This document shows positions 47,340-59,984 of a stretch of DNA of 64,000 nucleotides, in pieces. This stretch comes from Squalus acanthias. Lineage: Eukaryota. Both the position numbers and the translations under genes were made by a program. Location: contig CM059438.1 in NCBI GenBank assembly GCA_030390025.1, positions 63,304,001 through 63,368,000 on the forward strand. Reading direction: 5' to 3'. Numbering within the stretch: position 1 is the stretch's first letter; each line of letters opens with the position of its first letter. The notes under the pieces are model-generated. The model had not been told where the DNA came from. It worked only from the letters and a program-made list of their open reading frames with translations, and ran no database searches.

Positions 47340-48157
47340 TGTTTTACAGCATAGATAAGTGTGAGGTATTACATTTTGGTCAGAAAAATAAGGAGGTCAC
47401 ATATTATTTGGAAAAAAAGAATCTAAATAGGGGAGAAGAGCAAAGGGATCTGGGAGTACAAATCAATAAAAGTTGTGACGCAGGTCAATAAGGCCACAAC
47501 AAAAGCAAACCAAGCACTAGGGTTTATTTCTAGAGGGATAGAATTGATAAGTAGGGAAGTTATGCTAAACTTCTATCGAACCTTGGTTAGGCCATACTTG
47601 GAGTACTGTGCACAGTTCTGGTCGCCATAATATAAAATGGATATAGAGGCACTGGAGAGGGTGAAAAAAAGATTTACAAGGATAATACCATAAATACGAG
47701 GGTATACACATTAAGAAAGGATGAACAGGCTGGGTCTCTTTTCTCTTGAAAAGAGAAGGCTGAGGGGTGACATAATAGAGGTCTTTTAAAATTATGAAAA
47801 GTTTTGATCGAGTAGACACAGAGAGAATGTTTCCACTTGTGGGGAAGAGCAAAACTAGAGGCCATCAATATAAGATAGTCACCAAGAAATCAAATAGGAA
47901 ATTCAGAAGAAACTTCTTTACCCAAAGAGTGGTGAGAATGTGGAACTCGCTACCACAGGGAGTGGTTGAAGCGAATAGTATAGATGCATTTAAGGGGAAG
48001 CTGGATAAGCATATGAGGGAGAAGGGACTAGAGGGTTATACTGATAGAGTTAGATGAGGAAGGATGGGAGGAGGCTCGAGTGGAGCATAAACGCCCGCAT
48101 GGACTGGTTGGGCCGAATGGCCTGTTTCTGTGCCGTATATTCTATGTAATCCTATGT
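47340..48157 (+). mobile_element. CR1 LINE 3' fragment nested in a TIR-like element (about 47186-48390)
   Basis: FDRVDTERMFPL..RRNFFTQRVVRMWNSLP; tail GGGCCGAATGGCCTGTTTCTG..TTCTATG. Confidence 0.85.
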
Positions 48158-48394
48158 ATCTCTTTAACCAATGAGATTTAAGGATTCAGAAATAAACAGA
48201 AGAATGACTGAGAAGGAGGTGAATTAGAGTCAAATCAGGTATAGAAAGAGAAATAAAGAGGGAAAGAAAGATTGGATTAAGAGGGAGAGAAAAATTAGAT
48301 AGAAAGGAAAAGTAAGAAAAAAATTAAAAATTTGACATTTTTGAAATCATCAACAACAATTCACTACCTGAAGGAATGAGACTCCTCAGTTTAT

Positions 48395-48795
48395 AGAGCC
48401 TTTCACAACCTCAGGACATTCCAAAGTGCTGAACAGCCAATGAAATACTTTTGCCATGTAGTCACTGTTGTAATGTAAGGAAACAAAGCAACTAATTTGT
48501 GCACAGCAAGGTGTCACAAACAGCAATGAGTTAAATGAACAGATAGTCTGTGTCGGTGATGTTGGTTGAGGGATAAATATTGGGATAACTATTCGCCAGG
48601 ATATTGGGGGAACCCTGCTCTTCTTCGAATAGTGCCATGAGGTCTTTTACATCCACCTGAGACGGCAGATGGGGCCTCAGTTTAACGTCTCACTGGAGTG
48701 TCAGCCTAGATTTTGTGCTCAAGTCTCTGGAATGGGGTCTTGTACCCACGACCTTCTGAATCAGAGGCACAAGTGCTACTACTGAGCCAAGGCTG
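48395..48795 (-). mobile_element. Deu-domain tRNA-SINE
   Basis: Reverse complement of the SINE consensus (GCTACTACTGAGCCA at the right end). Confidence 0.75.
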
Positions 48796-50195
48796 ATACT
48801 TAAGTGCTTTGAGATGTTTAAATGGCATAATAAGGCGTGAAATAATTAGAAGGGTTATTTTTCTTAATTCAGTACATTCCTCAAATAATCCCGGTAGGTC
48901 TGTGATTACCTCTAAGTCCAGACTGGTGACTGCTTGTGCACTGTGTCTTTTGGATCAGTAATTCTGCTGTCTCTGTGAAATTATCTTCAGCATTTTCTCT
49001 ACTACTAAGGAGTCTATCACTGCCCTGTCAAAATGCCTTCCATTTGATGACTTGCTATGTTCAGGCATAGCCTCTATATTATTGGAGCTCCTCATATATT
49101 AACCACAGCCTCTCCTTGCTCATTTCCTTGAGGACTCTAAGGCCTGGCCCACTTATTCAGGTGCCTTGTACACCTTTCAGCCTTTGAATTTCTTTATTAC
49201 ACTTGCTTTTCTGACCTCAATGGACAATGGCATCCTCAGACTGACTGAGTCTTCAGTTGTGAAGAATTTATTTCAAACACCTGCCTTTCCCCATAATAGT
49301 GTAAATTTACATCGGCAATTACATTTCTCCGTAGTCGGAAGTACAGGATTGGAGTTAGGGAGGAGCCACAGAGATTATAACAGAGAGGGGGGCCATTCAG
49401 CCCAATGTGCCTGTGCTAGCTCTTCATCTAGAGCTATCTAACCCCAATCTTCCTGCACATACCCTGGTCATAAAGGAGATGGATGAAGGAGAGATTGAGG
49501 GTAGGAAAAGATGGGAGGGGAGGAAAAATCAGAAGCAACTCAGACCTCAGCAAGAAGGCCTGGACACTGATCCTTGGGGTTACATGTGGACCTGCCCCCT
49601 GACACATCAGTAGCTAACATCAGCAGAACAACTGGTGTCGGAAGTGGCCAGTGGTAGGTCTACATTAGTGATTTCAGGCTCAGCGGACCAATAAAGAGGA
49701 GGATCTGAGCGGAGGGCCAATTATTCCAGCATGCTCTTGGGCGCCTCCTGTGGCCAACTCATGGACAGGCGGGACAAAGACCTGGGAGTAGTGCTCTGCC
49801 TGCCTCTTCCGTCAAGATATGGTGCAGGGAAGAGGAGAACCGAGGGACTGGGGGCGGGGGACAATCCAATGGAAGATGTTGTTCTTGGAACCGATCTCGA
49901 TTGTAAGCTTGTGATATTTTACATTTTGATAGGCCTTATAGGATAAAAATGAAAACGAACTGCAGAGCGCCAAGGGGACAGTTGTCCTACGTGCGATTTC
50001 ACAATAGTGTGCGCGTACTTGTGTGATTTTCAAACTAGGGTCTGGTAGGTACTGATGTGAATCTGGAACTCTGTCAGTGTACCTATAGTTCTGACATTGG
50101 TGTAGTGTTCGTGTAGTCAAGGAAGCTGTTTTCTGCATTGATAACTGTGCCTACCTTTGGGTCACCATTGGAAGTTTTAGTGTAAGGGATCGCTC

Positions 50196-50470
50196 AAAGT
50201 GAGCCAGTACTTGCAGGGGTCCCTGAGGGTGCGTCAATCTTTGCTGGGAGCCCTGAAAATGTGCCAATACTTGCAAGGTGGTGGCACGGAGGGGTCTTTG
50301 AAAGTGCATCAACCTTTACAGGGGGTTCTGAAAGTGTGCCAATATTTACATGGCCACAGGAGGATGCATCAATCTTCATAGATAGTCCCTGAGAATGTGC
50401 CAATGCTTGCACAGCTCTCTGAAAGTATGCCAATCTTTGCAGGTGGCCCATGTGTAAATATTTGCAGGAC
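50196..50470. repeat. Degenerate ~30-bp minisatellite
   Basis: About nine units like GTGCCAATAYTTGCAGGGGTCCCTGAAAGT. Confidence 0.75.
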
Positions 50471-50939
50471 CTCCTCCCACATAGAACAGTTTGAAAACCA
50501 CTGGCGTTCTCTCTTGGCTGACCCCCAGCATGGAGTTATAAAACAAAATGCCCAATTATCTAAGTACAGAAAATATCCCAAATCAGTGTTTTTTAACATC
50601 TGGGAATGTTACACGACTGTTATTGTGGAAACCTTGGATATAGCAATATCATTTTTAAAGGGTGTGAAATTTAACTATTTGCCAAATAATAACATTTCTG
50701 TAAATCATTCTGAGCGTGGCTGCTGTATAATTCATTGTAGTTAATAATCTCAAAACTAATGACATTCTCACCTGCCCAGTTTTAGATGGGGCAGTCTGAT
50801 TTTTATGTGGCGTGTCCTGAAGTTTCTAAAATGAAAAACGGACACCAAAGAGCCTATTTTTTTTTTTTACAATAATCCATTTTCCCAGTTAATTCTGCAT
50901 CTTATACATCAGTTGTGAGTGAGTTACTGAGGTTGCTGG

Positions 50940-52515
50940 TTATCATAGAATCATAGGCTGATACAGCACAGAAGGAGGCCATTCGGCCCATTGTGCCTGT
51001 GTCGGCTCTTTGAAAGAGCTCTCCAGTTAGTCCCACTCCCCTGCACGTTCCCCACAGCCCTGCAAATTTAACCATTTCAAGTATTTATCCAATGCCCTTT
51101 TGAAAGTTATTATTGAATCTGCTTCCACCGCCCTTTCAGGCAGTGCATTCCAGATCATAACAACTCGCTGCATAAAAAAATGTTCTCCTCATGTCACGGG
51201 AACAGTAGTGTAGTGGTAATGTCACTGGGCTAGTAATCCAGAGGCCTGGACTAATGATCCAATAGACGTGAGTTCAAATCCCACCATGGCAACTAGGGAA
51301 TTAAAAAATTCAGTTAACTAAATAAATCTGGCATAATTACTAGTATCAATGAAACTATCGGATTGTCGTAAAATCTGGTTCACTGATGTACTTTAGGGAA
51401 AGAAATCTGCCATCCTTACCTGGTCTGGTGACTCTTAACTGCTCTCTGACATGGTCTAGCAAGCCACTCAGTTGTAACCGCTACAAAACATAATTAGATG
51501 AAACCGGATGGACCACTCGGACTGCAGCGGTTCAAGGCGGTGGCTTACCACCACCTTCTCAAGGGCAATTAGGGATGGGCAATAAATGCTGGCCTTGCCA
51601 GCGATGCCCACATCCCTTTAAAAAAAAACTCTGGTCCTTTTGCCAATTACCTTCAATCTGTGTCCTCTGGTTACCGACCCTTCTGCCGTTTCTCCTCATT
51701 TACTCGATCAAAACCCTTCATAATTTTGAACACCTCTATTAAATGGCCCCTTAATCTTCTCTGCTCTAAGAACAACATGATGCGGAGATGCCGGTGTTGG
51801 ACTGGGGTGGATAAAATTGAGAGGTCGCACAACACCAGGTTATAAGAAGAACAACCACAGTTTCTCTAGTCGTTCCACATAACTGAACTCCCTCATCCCT
51901 GGTGCTATTCTAGTAAATCTCCTCTGCACCCTCTCCAAGGCCTTGACATCCTTCCTAAAATGTGGTGCCCAGAATTGGCCACAATACTCCAACTGGGGCC
52001 TAACCAGTGTTTTATAAAGGTTTAGCCTAACTTCCTTGCTTTTGTACTCTATTCCTCTGTTAATAAAGCCAAGGATCCCGTGTGCCTTTTTAACAGCCTT
52101 TACTTGTCCTGCCACCTTCAAAGACTTGTGTACGTACACCCCCAGGTCTCTCTGTTCCTGCACCCCTTTAATATTGTATCATTTAGTTTATATTGCCTCT
52201 CCTCATTCTTCCTACCAAAATTAATCACTTCACACTTCTCGAAGTTAAATGTCATCTGCCATGTGTCTGCCTATTTCACCAGTCTGTCTATGTCCTCCTG
52301 AAGTCTGTTACTATCCTCCTCACTGTTTACTACAATTCCAAGTTTCGTGTCATCTGCAAATTTTGAAATTATGCCCTGTATACCCAAATCCAGGTCATTT
52401 AATTATATCAAAAAGAGGAGTGGTCCCAACACCGACCCCGGGAAAACACCACTGCACACTTCCCTCCAGACTGCAAAACAACCGTTCACCACTATTCTCG
52501 GCTTTCTGTCCCTTA
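50940..52515 (-). mobile_element. CR1 LINE fragment with nested tRNA-SINE (about 51198-51625) and short Penelope end (about 51778-51845)
   Basis: ORF 51840-52163: QRDLGVYVHKSLKV..LYKTLVRPQLEYC; inserts interrupt otherwise continuous CR1 sequence. Confidence 0.85.
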
Positions 52516-53016
52516 GAGTTACTGAGGTTACAAGTTATTAGAATTACTGAGGTTCATAGTTGCTGATGTTTCGAGTTAATTCAGAGTCAGTGAGGGTATT
52601 AGAGTTGCTTAAGATTTTTTATTATTACAAGTTTTTATTGAGAATTATTGAAGTTTTTGGTTATTAGAGTTACTGAGGAAATTTTGAAACCACAGTCTGG
52701 TGTGCCTGTTCTCTTAAATCACAAAAAAAATCCCCCACTCCTGTAAGTTTATAAAGTGACGGCAATCTGAGAACTTTTTAATCTGTCTTGACGTTATACC
52801 AGGGTTGTACTATGCACGGTGTCAAACTCAAGTGATGTGTGGAACCCTTACCAAAGCAGGACCTGACTCCAGAGTTGTACTGTAACTTCCCATTGATATG
52901 CAGCAGAATAGGACATGCAAATGGCACGATAACTAGGCCCCAGAGTCCCCAGCGCAGCCAGCACTAGCAACGAAGATCTTTCACTGGAATTATTTTCTCG
53001 CCTCTCACGGACTTAC

Positions 53017-53132
53017 CACAGATTGAAGTTGTGAGGGCCGGGGCGGGTGTAGCAAAGGTACCTCTGGTGGCTCTGAGGGAGGGTGTGGATGTGTAGCGAC
53101 CCAACGGAGGGCAGTCGCTGCTTAGCTTCCAT
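53017..53132 (-). CDS. PAXX: PAXX first coding exon (ATG at 53132; exon acceptor at 53157)
   Basis: GGAAG-ATG-G Kozak context. Encodes MEAKQRLPSVGSLHIHTLPQSHQRYLCYTRPGPHNFNL|GTaagt (cf. human RFVCY...GFNLY). The seven exons join to 633 nt = 210 aa plus stop. Confidence 0.92.
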
Positions 53133-53307
53133 CTTCCAGCAGCTGAGTGGTCAGTTTCTTGAAAAAATTGCAAATATGATAAAGCACAGTCAGTACTGTC
53201 ACATACAAACACTAACACACAGTACATGCTGCAATGTACAGTAAATACTAACAGAATGCATGGAGTACATGGTGCAACAAATAGACCCAACGTACATAGT
53301 GTAATGT

Positions 53308-53720
53308 AATGGCATAGTGGTTAGCACTGGTGTCTCACAGCGCCAGGGACCCGGGTTCGAATTTGACCTCGGGTGACTGTCTGTGTGGAGTTTGCACATT
53401 CTCCCCGTGTCTGCGTGGGTTTCCTCCGGGTGCTCCGGTTTCCTCCACAGTCCAAAAATGTGCGGGTTAGGTTGATTTGGCTATGATAAATTGACCTTAG
53501 TGTTAGGGGGGTATTAAATATGTGGGGTTATGGGGATAGGATGGGATATGTTAGGGGGAATTAAATACGTGGGGTTACAGGGGGTAGGGTGGGATATGTG
53601 TACTGTGGGGATTAAAGCAGGGACAGGGTACTGGATTTGGATGATCAGCCATGATCGTATTGAATGGTGGAGCAGGCTCGACGGGCCGAATGGCCTACTC
53701 CTGCTCCTAGATTCTATGTT
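53308..53720 (+). mobile_element. V-SINE (HE1-like) with CR1-derived tail
   Basis: tRNA head, V-domain TGTGTGGAGTTTGCACATTCTCCCCGTGTCTGCGTGGGTTTCCTCCGGGTGCTCCGGTTTCCTCC, tail GGGCCGAATGGCCTACTCCTGCTCC. Confidence 0.85.
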
Positions 53721-53909
53721 TACACTAATTACGATGACAGAACCTGCTATAGCATACAGTAAATACTAACATAGTGTATAATGTATACATTAAATACTAA
53801 AATAGTATCTAGTGGAATGTACATTAAATACTAACATAGTATATAATGTAGTATACATTAAATGCTAGCATGCAGTACATACTGTAATTACATTAATACT
53901 AAAAGGACA

Positions 53910-55190
53910 GACAATATTGTCAAGGACAAAATTATTTCTCACTTGGAGAAGCATGGGTTATTAAGGAATAGCCAGCACAGATTTGTTAAAGGCAAATTAT
54001 GTCTGACTAACCTGATTGAGTTCTTTGATGAAGTAACAGAGAAGGTTGATGAAGGTAGCGCAGTAGGTGTATATATGGATTTTCAAAAGACATTTGATAA
54101 ATTACCGCATAACAGACTTATTCGGAAAATAGAAGCACATGGTATAAAAGGGACGGTGGTAACTTGGGTATGAAGGGATAGGAGGCAGAGAGCAGTGGTG
54201 AATGGATGTTTTTCTGACCGGAGGGACGTATACAGTGGGGTCCCCCAGGGGTCGGTATTAGGACCATTGCTTTTCTTGTTATATATAAATGACCTGGACT
54301 TGGGTATAAAGAGTACAATTTTGAAGTTTGCGGATGATAACAAAACTTGACAACAGACTTCAAAAGGACACAGACAGACTGGTGAAATGGGCAGACACAT
54401 GGCAAATGCAATTTAATGCGGATAAGTGTGAAGTGGTGCACTTTGGGAGAAACAACATGGAGAGGCAGTATAATCTAAATGGTCTTACTTTGAGCAGCGG
54501 GACCTGGGGGTGTATATTCACAAATCCTTGAAAGTGGCAGGCTAATTTGATAAGGCAGTTAAGAAAGCGCATGGGATGCTTGGCTTTGCAAATAGGGGCA
54601 TTGAATACAAAAACAAAGAAGTCACGCTAAACCTTTACAAATCACTGGATAGGCCTCAGCTGGAGCATTGTGTCCAATTCTGGGCACCACACTTTAGGAA
54701 GGATGTCAAGGCCTTGGAGAGGGTGCAGAGGAGGTTTACCAGGATGATATCAGGGATGAGGGACTTGTTATGTGGAGAGATTGGAGAAGCTGGGATTGTT
54801 CTCCTTGGAGCAGAGAAGGTTAAGGGGAGATCTAATAGAGGTGTTCAAAATTCTGAGGGGTATTGATGGAGCAAGTAGGGAGATACTATTTCCTCTGGCA
54901 AGTGGGTCAGTAACCAGAGGTCATAGATTTAAAATAATTGGCAAAAGAACTAGAGGGGAAATGAGGAGAAATTTTTTCACACAGAGGGTTGTTAATATCT
55001 GGAACGCACTACCTGAAAGGGTGGTGGAATCAGATTCCATAGTAACTTTCAAAGGGCAATTGGACATGTACTTGAAGAGGACTAATTTGCAGGGTTATGG
55101 GACATATTGGACAGCTCTTTCAAAGAGCCGGCACAGGCACAATGGGCCGAATGGCCTCCTTCTGTGCTGTAGGTTTCTATGATTCTATGA
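53910..55190 (+). mobile_element. CR1 LINE 3' portion
   Basis: [51 protein letters not shown] tail. Confidence 0.92.
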
Positions 55191-57020
55191 TAATATGCAC
55201 TGTAATGTACTGGGCATGCAGTATATACTGTAATATAAATAAATACTATAATAAAGCAATTACATAGCATATAGTGCAGTGTACAGTAAATACTGCAATA
55301 TTAGGGATGGGCAAAAAATGCTGGCTTTGCCAGCGACGCCCACATCCCATAAAAACGAATTTTAAAAATAAATAAATAAATACTGACAGTAAATACTGTA
55401 ACATAAATAGTGACAATACTGTAACAAAAAACAGTAAATATATAACAAATGCTGACAGTAAATTAGCATAAATACATAGTTAGTGTAATAAATACTGTAT
55501 AACTAAATACTACAGCATATATACAGTTAATACTCAAACACTAAATACTATAACATAAAAACGAAATACTGTAATAAATACTGTAACATATACAGTTAAT
55601 ACCATAACACTAAATACTATAACATACAGTAAATATTGTAAAACTAAATACTACTACAACATCAGTTTGCATTTAGATGACAACCTTTAACATAGTAAAA
55701 TGTCCCAAGGTGGTTCACAGGAGCATAAAGAAAATTTGACACCAAGCCATATAAAGAGATATTAGGACAGGTGACCAAAAGCTTGATCAAAGAGGTAGGT
55801 TTGTAGGAGCACCTTAAAAGAGGAGAAAGAGGTCGAGATGCGGAGAGGTTTATGGAGGGAATCCCAGAACTTAGGGCCTGGGCAGCTGAAGGCACGGCCG
55901 CCAATGGTGGGGGCGATGAAAATCGGGGATACGCAAGAGGCCAGACTTGGAGGATAGCAGAGATCTGGGAAGATTGTCGGGCTGGAGGAGGTTACAGTGA
56001 TCGGGAGAGGTGTGGTCATGCAGGGATTTGAAAACAGGGCTGAAGGAGATTACAGAGATAGAGAGGGGCAAGGCCATGGAAGGATCTGAAAACAAGGATG
56101 AGAATTTTAAAATCGAGGGGTTGTCGGACTGGGAGCCAATGTCGGTCAGCGAGCACAGGGGTGATGGGTGAACGGGACTTGGTGCGAGTTAGGTTACGGG
56201 CTGCAGTGTTTCAGATGAGCTGAAGTTTTCGGAGGGTGGAAGGTGGGAGGCCCAGCCAGGAGTGCATTGGAATAGTCAAGACTTGAGGTAACAAAGGCAT
56301 GGATGAGGGTTTCAGCAGCAGCTGGGCTGAGGCAGGGGAGGAAACAGGTGATATTCGGGAGGTGGAAGGAGGCGGTCTTGGTGATGGAGAGGACATGGGG
56401 TCAGAAGCCCAGCTCAGGCTCAGATAGGACGCCAGGTTTGCGAACAGGCTGGTTCAGCCTCGTACAGTGGTCAGGGAGTGGGATGGAGGCGGTGGCTAGG
56501 GAACGGAGTTTGTGGCGGGGACTGAAGACAATGGCTTCAGTCTTCCCAATATTTAGTTGGAGGAAATTTCTGCTTATCCAGTACTGAGGTTGGTGAAGCA
56601 GCGTGACAAATCAGAGGCAATGGCGGGGTCGCGAGAGGTGGCGGTGAGGGAGAGCTGGGTGTTGTCAGCGTACATGTGAAATATGACGTTGTTTTCAGAT
56701 TTCGCGGAGGGGCAGCATGTTGATGAGAAATAGGAGGGGGCCCAGGATAGATCCTTGGGGGACACCAGAGGTAAGGGTGCGGGAAGAGAAGCTACTGCAA
56801 TACTATAACATATATACAGTTAATACTGAACTAAATACTGTAACATAAATGCAGTAAATATTGTAATAAACTGTAAATACTGTATAACTAAATACTATAA
56901 TATACAGTAAACACTATAGTAAATACTGTAATAAATACTTTAATTGCTGTTTAACTAAATACTATAATATAAAAACAGTTATTACTGTAACACGGTAAAT
57001 ATTATAACACAAAACTTTAA
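55190..57020. repeat. Degenerate AT-rich minisatellite (TAAATACTGTAACA-like), split by an L2
   Basis: Recurrent AAATACTRTAA units at 55190-55660 and 56795-57020; related units at 53185-53310 and 53745-53900. Confidence 0.7.
55665..56790 (-). mobile_element. L2 LINE 3' portion
   Basis: GVPQGSILGP, HMYADNTQL, IGGRAFSCPGPKFWDSL on the minus strand. Confidence 0.88.
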
Positions 57021-57224
57021 ACACTGAAAACCAGAGAACGGAGTCTACTCTTTCCATCTACAAGTACAAAACTGTTTGATGTTGTTCAGATATTTGGGTT
57101 TAACAATGACCAATAATCGGAAGTTACATTTTAAAATGAATGGAAGGCTTTTCTCCCCTCTCCCAGCTGCCTGTTTCTGACTCCAGTGCAACCCTGCCTC
57201 TGGTGCAGTCAGTGGGAGTGGGTC

Positions 57225-57450
57225 TGGGATTCTGCGCTCCCTGTCGCCGCACTGACCCCGTCCTCTCTCCCCCGCTGCTAGCGCTCGGCACCGACCTGTC
57301 AAGCCGGCTCCTCGCACACAACAAGGGGATAAAAACTGGGGAAGAAAACTTTCCGAGAAAAGTCCGACCAGTTTTCTCCACAGCACCATCTAGTGTTGCG
57401 GGAGTACTCCGGACGGACGGGCGGATTTTTCTATTTTCTTTTCTTCGATA
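57225..57450 (-). promoter_or_regulatory. Probable PAXX promoter and non-coding first exon (donor GG|GTCAGT at 57257/57256)
   Basis: Locally CpG-rich unique sequence upstream of the ATG exon, which has an acceptor and so needs an upstream exon. CTCF-like ACACTAGATGGTGCTG (- 57381-57396); TTCCGAGAA at 57351-57359. Confidence 0.5.
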
Positions 57451-57649
57451 TAGTCAGAGGATCACATCGTGTTGGGAGCACAGAAACACACCATTAGGGG
57501 CTGTGTGGTGTTTTTGTCCAGCTCCTCTAATTCCACTCTCCCGCTTGCTCCATATGCCCTTTCAGCCTTGGGACGTTTTCCTAAGTTAAAGGCACTATAT
57601 AACTGCAAGTTGTTGTCATTTAATATTCCAGCAACTAATTCCCTTTTAA

Positions 57650-58170
57650 GAACATAAAAAGTAAGAGCAGGAGTCGGCCATACGTCCCCTCGAGCCTGCT
57701 CCGCCATTCAATAAGATCATGGCTGATCATCGACCTCAACTCCACGTTCCCGCCTGATCCCCATATCCCTTGATTCCCCTAGAGTCCAAAACTCTATCTC
57801 AGCCTTGAATATACTCAAAGACTCAGCATTCACAGCCCTCTGGGGTAGAGAATTCCAAAGATTCACAACCCTCTGAGTGAAGAAATTCCTCCTTATCTCA
57901 GTCTTAAATGCCCGACCCCTTATCCTGAGACTATGCCCCCTAGTTCTAGACACTCCAGCCAGGGGAAACAACCTCTCAGCATCTACCCTGTCAATCCCCT
58001 TCAGAATCTTGTATGTTTCAATGAGATCACCTCTCATTCTTCTGAACTCCAGAGCGTATAGGCCCATTCTACACAATCTCTCATCATAGGACAGCCATCT
58101 CATCCCAGAATCAATCTAGTGAACCTTTGTTGCACCGCCTCCAAGGCAAGTATATCCTTCCTTAGATAAT
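57650..58170 (-). mobile_element. CR1 LINE 3' fragment
   Basis: ORF 57717-58103: RRMRGDLIETYKILKG..RRNFFTQRVVNLWNSLP. Confidence 0.9.
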
Positions 58171-58404
58171 ATTAGGCTTGCCATGTGTAAGTTTAAGAAG
58201 TACATGCAATGCCTTATAATGAATAATAATGTTTGCTTTTATACAGGGCTTTATCTTCAGTCTCTAATTTTGCTCTCAAATCACTTCAGACAAGGAATTA
58301 CTCAATAACAACAACTATAGCGGTCTAATGTCGTAAAATGCCCCAAGGTGTTTCACAGGAGCGTTATCAAACAAAGTTTGAGACCGAGCCACATAAGGAG
58401 ATAT

Positions 58405-59132
58405 GGGGCCGGAATTTGCGGTCGGAGGCATACCTCCAGAGTACGCCTCCGACCGATAAAAAAATCCACAACTACCATCAGGCTCCCGGGCTTCGGAGAC
58501 TTCGGGTCCTGGGCCTGTAGGCGTACGCCTGCGTAAAGGCCCACGGATCCCAGGGACGCAGGCGGTTCAGAAGCGTCTCTGGGAATCACGTGGGCCAGCT
58601 CCACCAATCAGAAAAGATGATTCCTAATATGCTGATGTGGATTCCATTTACAAACGGAATCCCCATAAGCATATGAGGAATCCCCAAATAATTAAATAAT
58701 TTATACAACTGGAATAAAAATAAATGTTCCCATTTTCCGAATTAAATAAAAGTCCCTTCAATGCCGCAGCTACAATAAAAATTTAATTTTTTGAAAAATA
58801 ATTTTAAGCATTTTAATCCGGGCCAAAATTTACATAAACTAATTTTAAATGTTTGTGCATGATTTTTAATTTTTTAATTTTTAATTTAAGATTTATATTA
58901 ACCCTTGCGCTGGTGAAAGCAGGCTCTGTGCCTGCTTTTACCAGGCATAAGGGTTTCATGGGCATTTGCTGGGCAGTAGTTGGGCAAATAGCTCTGTGCC
59001 AGTGAAAATGATTTTTGAGGTGGTGCAGTAGATCTGTCGAGGCGGACCTGGACAGATCGCAAGTTCCGGGTTTTTCGTGCATGCACAACAGGGCCTTTTA
59101 CAAGACTTACTTGGCACTGCAAATTCCAGGCC
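58405..59132 (-). mobile_element. Harbinger-type MITE related to 38837-39600
   Basis: TIRs GGGGCCGGAATTTGC / GCAAATTCCAGGCC; 58498-58610 is reverse-complement similar to 39397-39507; subterminal hairpin CGGTCGGAGGC...GCCTCCGACCG. Confidence 0.75.
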
Positions 59133-59441
59133 AAAAGGACAGATGACCAAAAATTTGGTCAAAGATGTAGGTTTTAAGGAGCGTCTTAAAGGAGGAGAGA
59201 GAGGTAGAGAGGTGGAGAGGTCTAGGGAGGGAATTCCAGAGCTTAGGGACTTGGCAGCTGAAAGCATTAAAATTGGGGATGCGCAAGAGGCCAAAATTGG
59301 AGGAGCGCAGAGATATGGGAAGGTGGTAGGGCTGGAGGTGGTTACAGAGATAGGGAGGGGCGAGGCCGTGGACAAGGATGAGAATTTTAAAATTGAGGCA
59401 TTGCCGGACCAATGTAGGTCAGCGAGCATAGGGGTGATGGG

Positions 59442-59535
59442 CAACGTTCCCTGTAAGCTGTGCGGTCACACAGCTGGCTTGCTGGCTTTTCAATGTAAAA
59501 TCCGCGTGGGGCCAAAAAAATTACTGGGGACATTG
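59442..59535. mobile_element. 94-bp hAT-type MITE
   Basis: TIRs CAACGTTCCC / GGGGACATTG with a perfect 8-bp TSD GTGATGGG. Confidence 0.8.
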
Positions 59536-59984
59536 GTGATGGGTGAACAGGACTTGGTGCAAGTTAGGATACGGGCAGCAGAGTTTTGGATGAGTACAGG
59601 TTTATAGAAGGTGGAAGTTGGGAGACTGACCAGGAGAGCATTGAAATAGTCAAGTCTAGAGGTAACAAAGGCATGGATGAAGGTTTCAGCAGCAGATGAG
59701 CTGAGGCAAGGGCGGAGTCGGGTGATGTTACGGAGGTGGAAGTAGGCGATCTTGGTGATGGTGCGGATATGTGGTCGGAAGCTCGTCTCAGGATCAAATT
59801 CGACACCAAAGTTGTGAACGATCTGGTTCAGCCTCAGACAGTTGCTAGGGAGAAGGATGGAGTCGGTGTCTAGGGAACGGAGCTCGACGTGCGATGCAGT
59901 TCTGTACATTTTGCACAAATAGTCACAAGATGAATGAACAGTTAATTTGTTTTATGTTTGTCGTCACCAGGAGAAGTCCTGGCT

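Larger units (their letters stand above)
58305..59880 (-). mobile_element. L2 LINE 3' portion with two nested DNA elements
   Basis: AYFHLRNI..LRP.LS..AAET.IHAFVTSRLDY (59490-59918); interrupted at about 58405-59132 and 59442-59535. Confidence 0.85.

Noticed and set aside
50196..50470. CRISPR-like array
   Set aside because: Contiguous degenerate tandem units without unique spacers, eukaryotic context, no cas genes.
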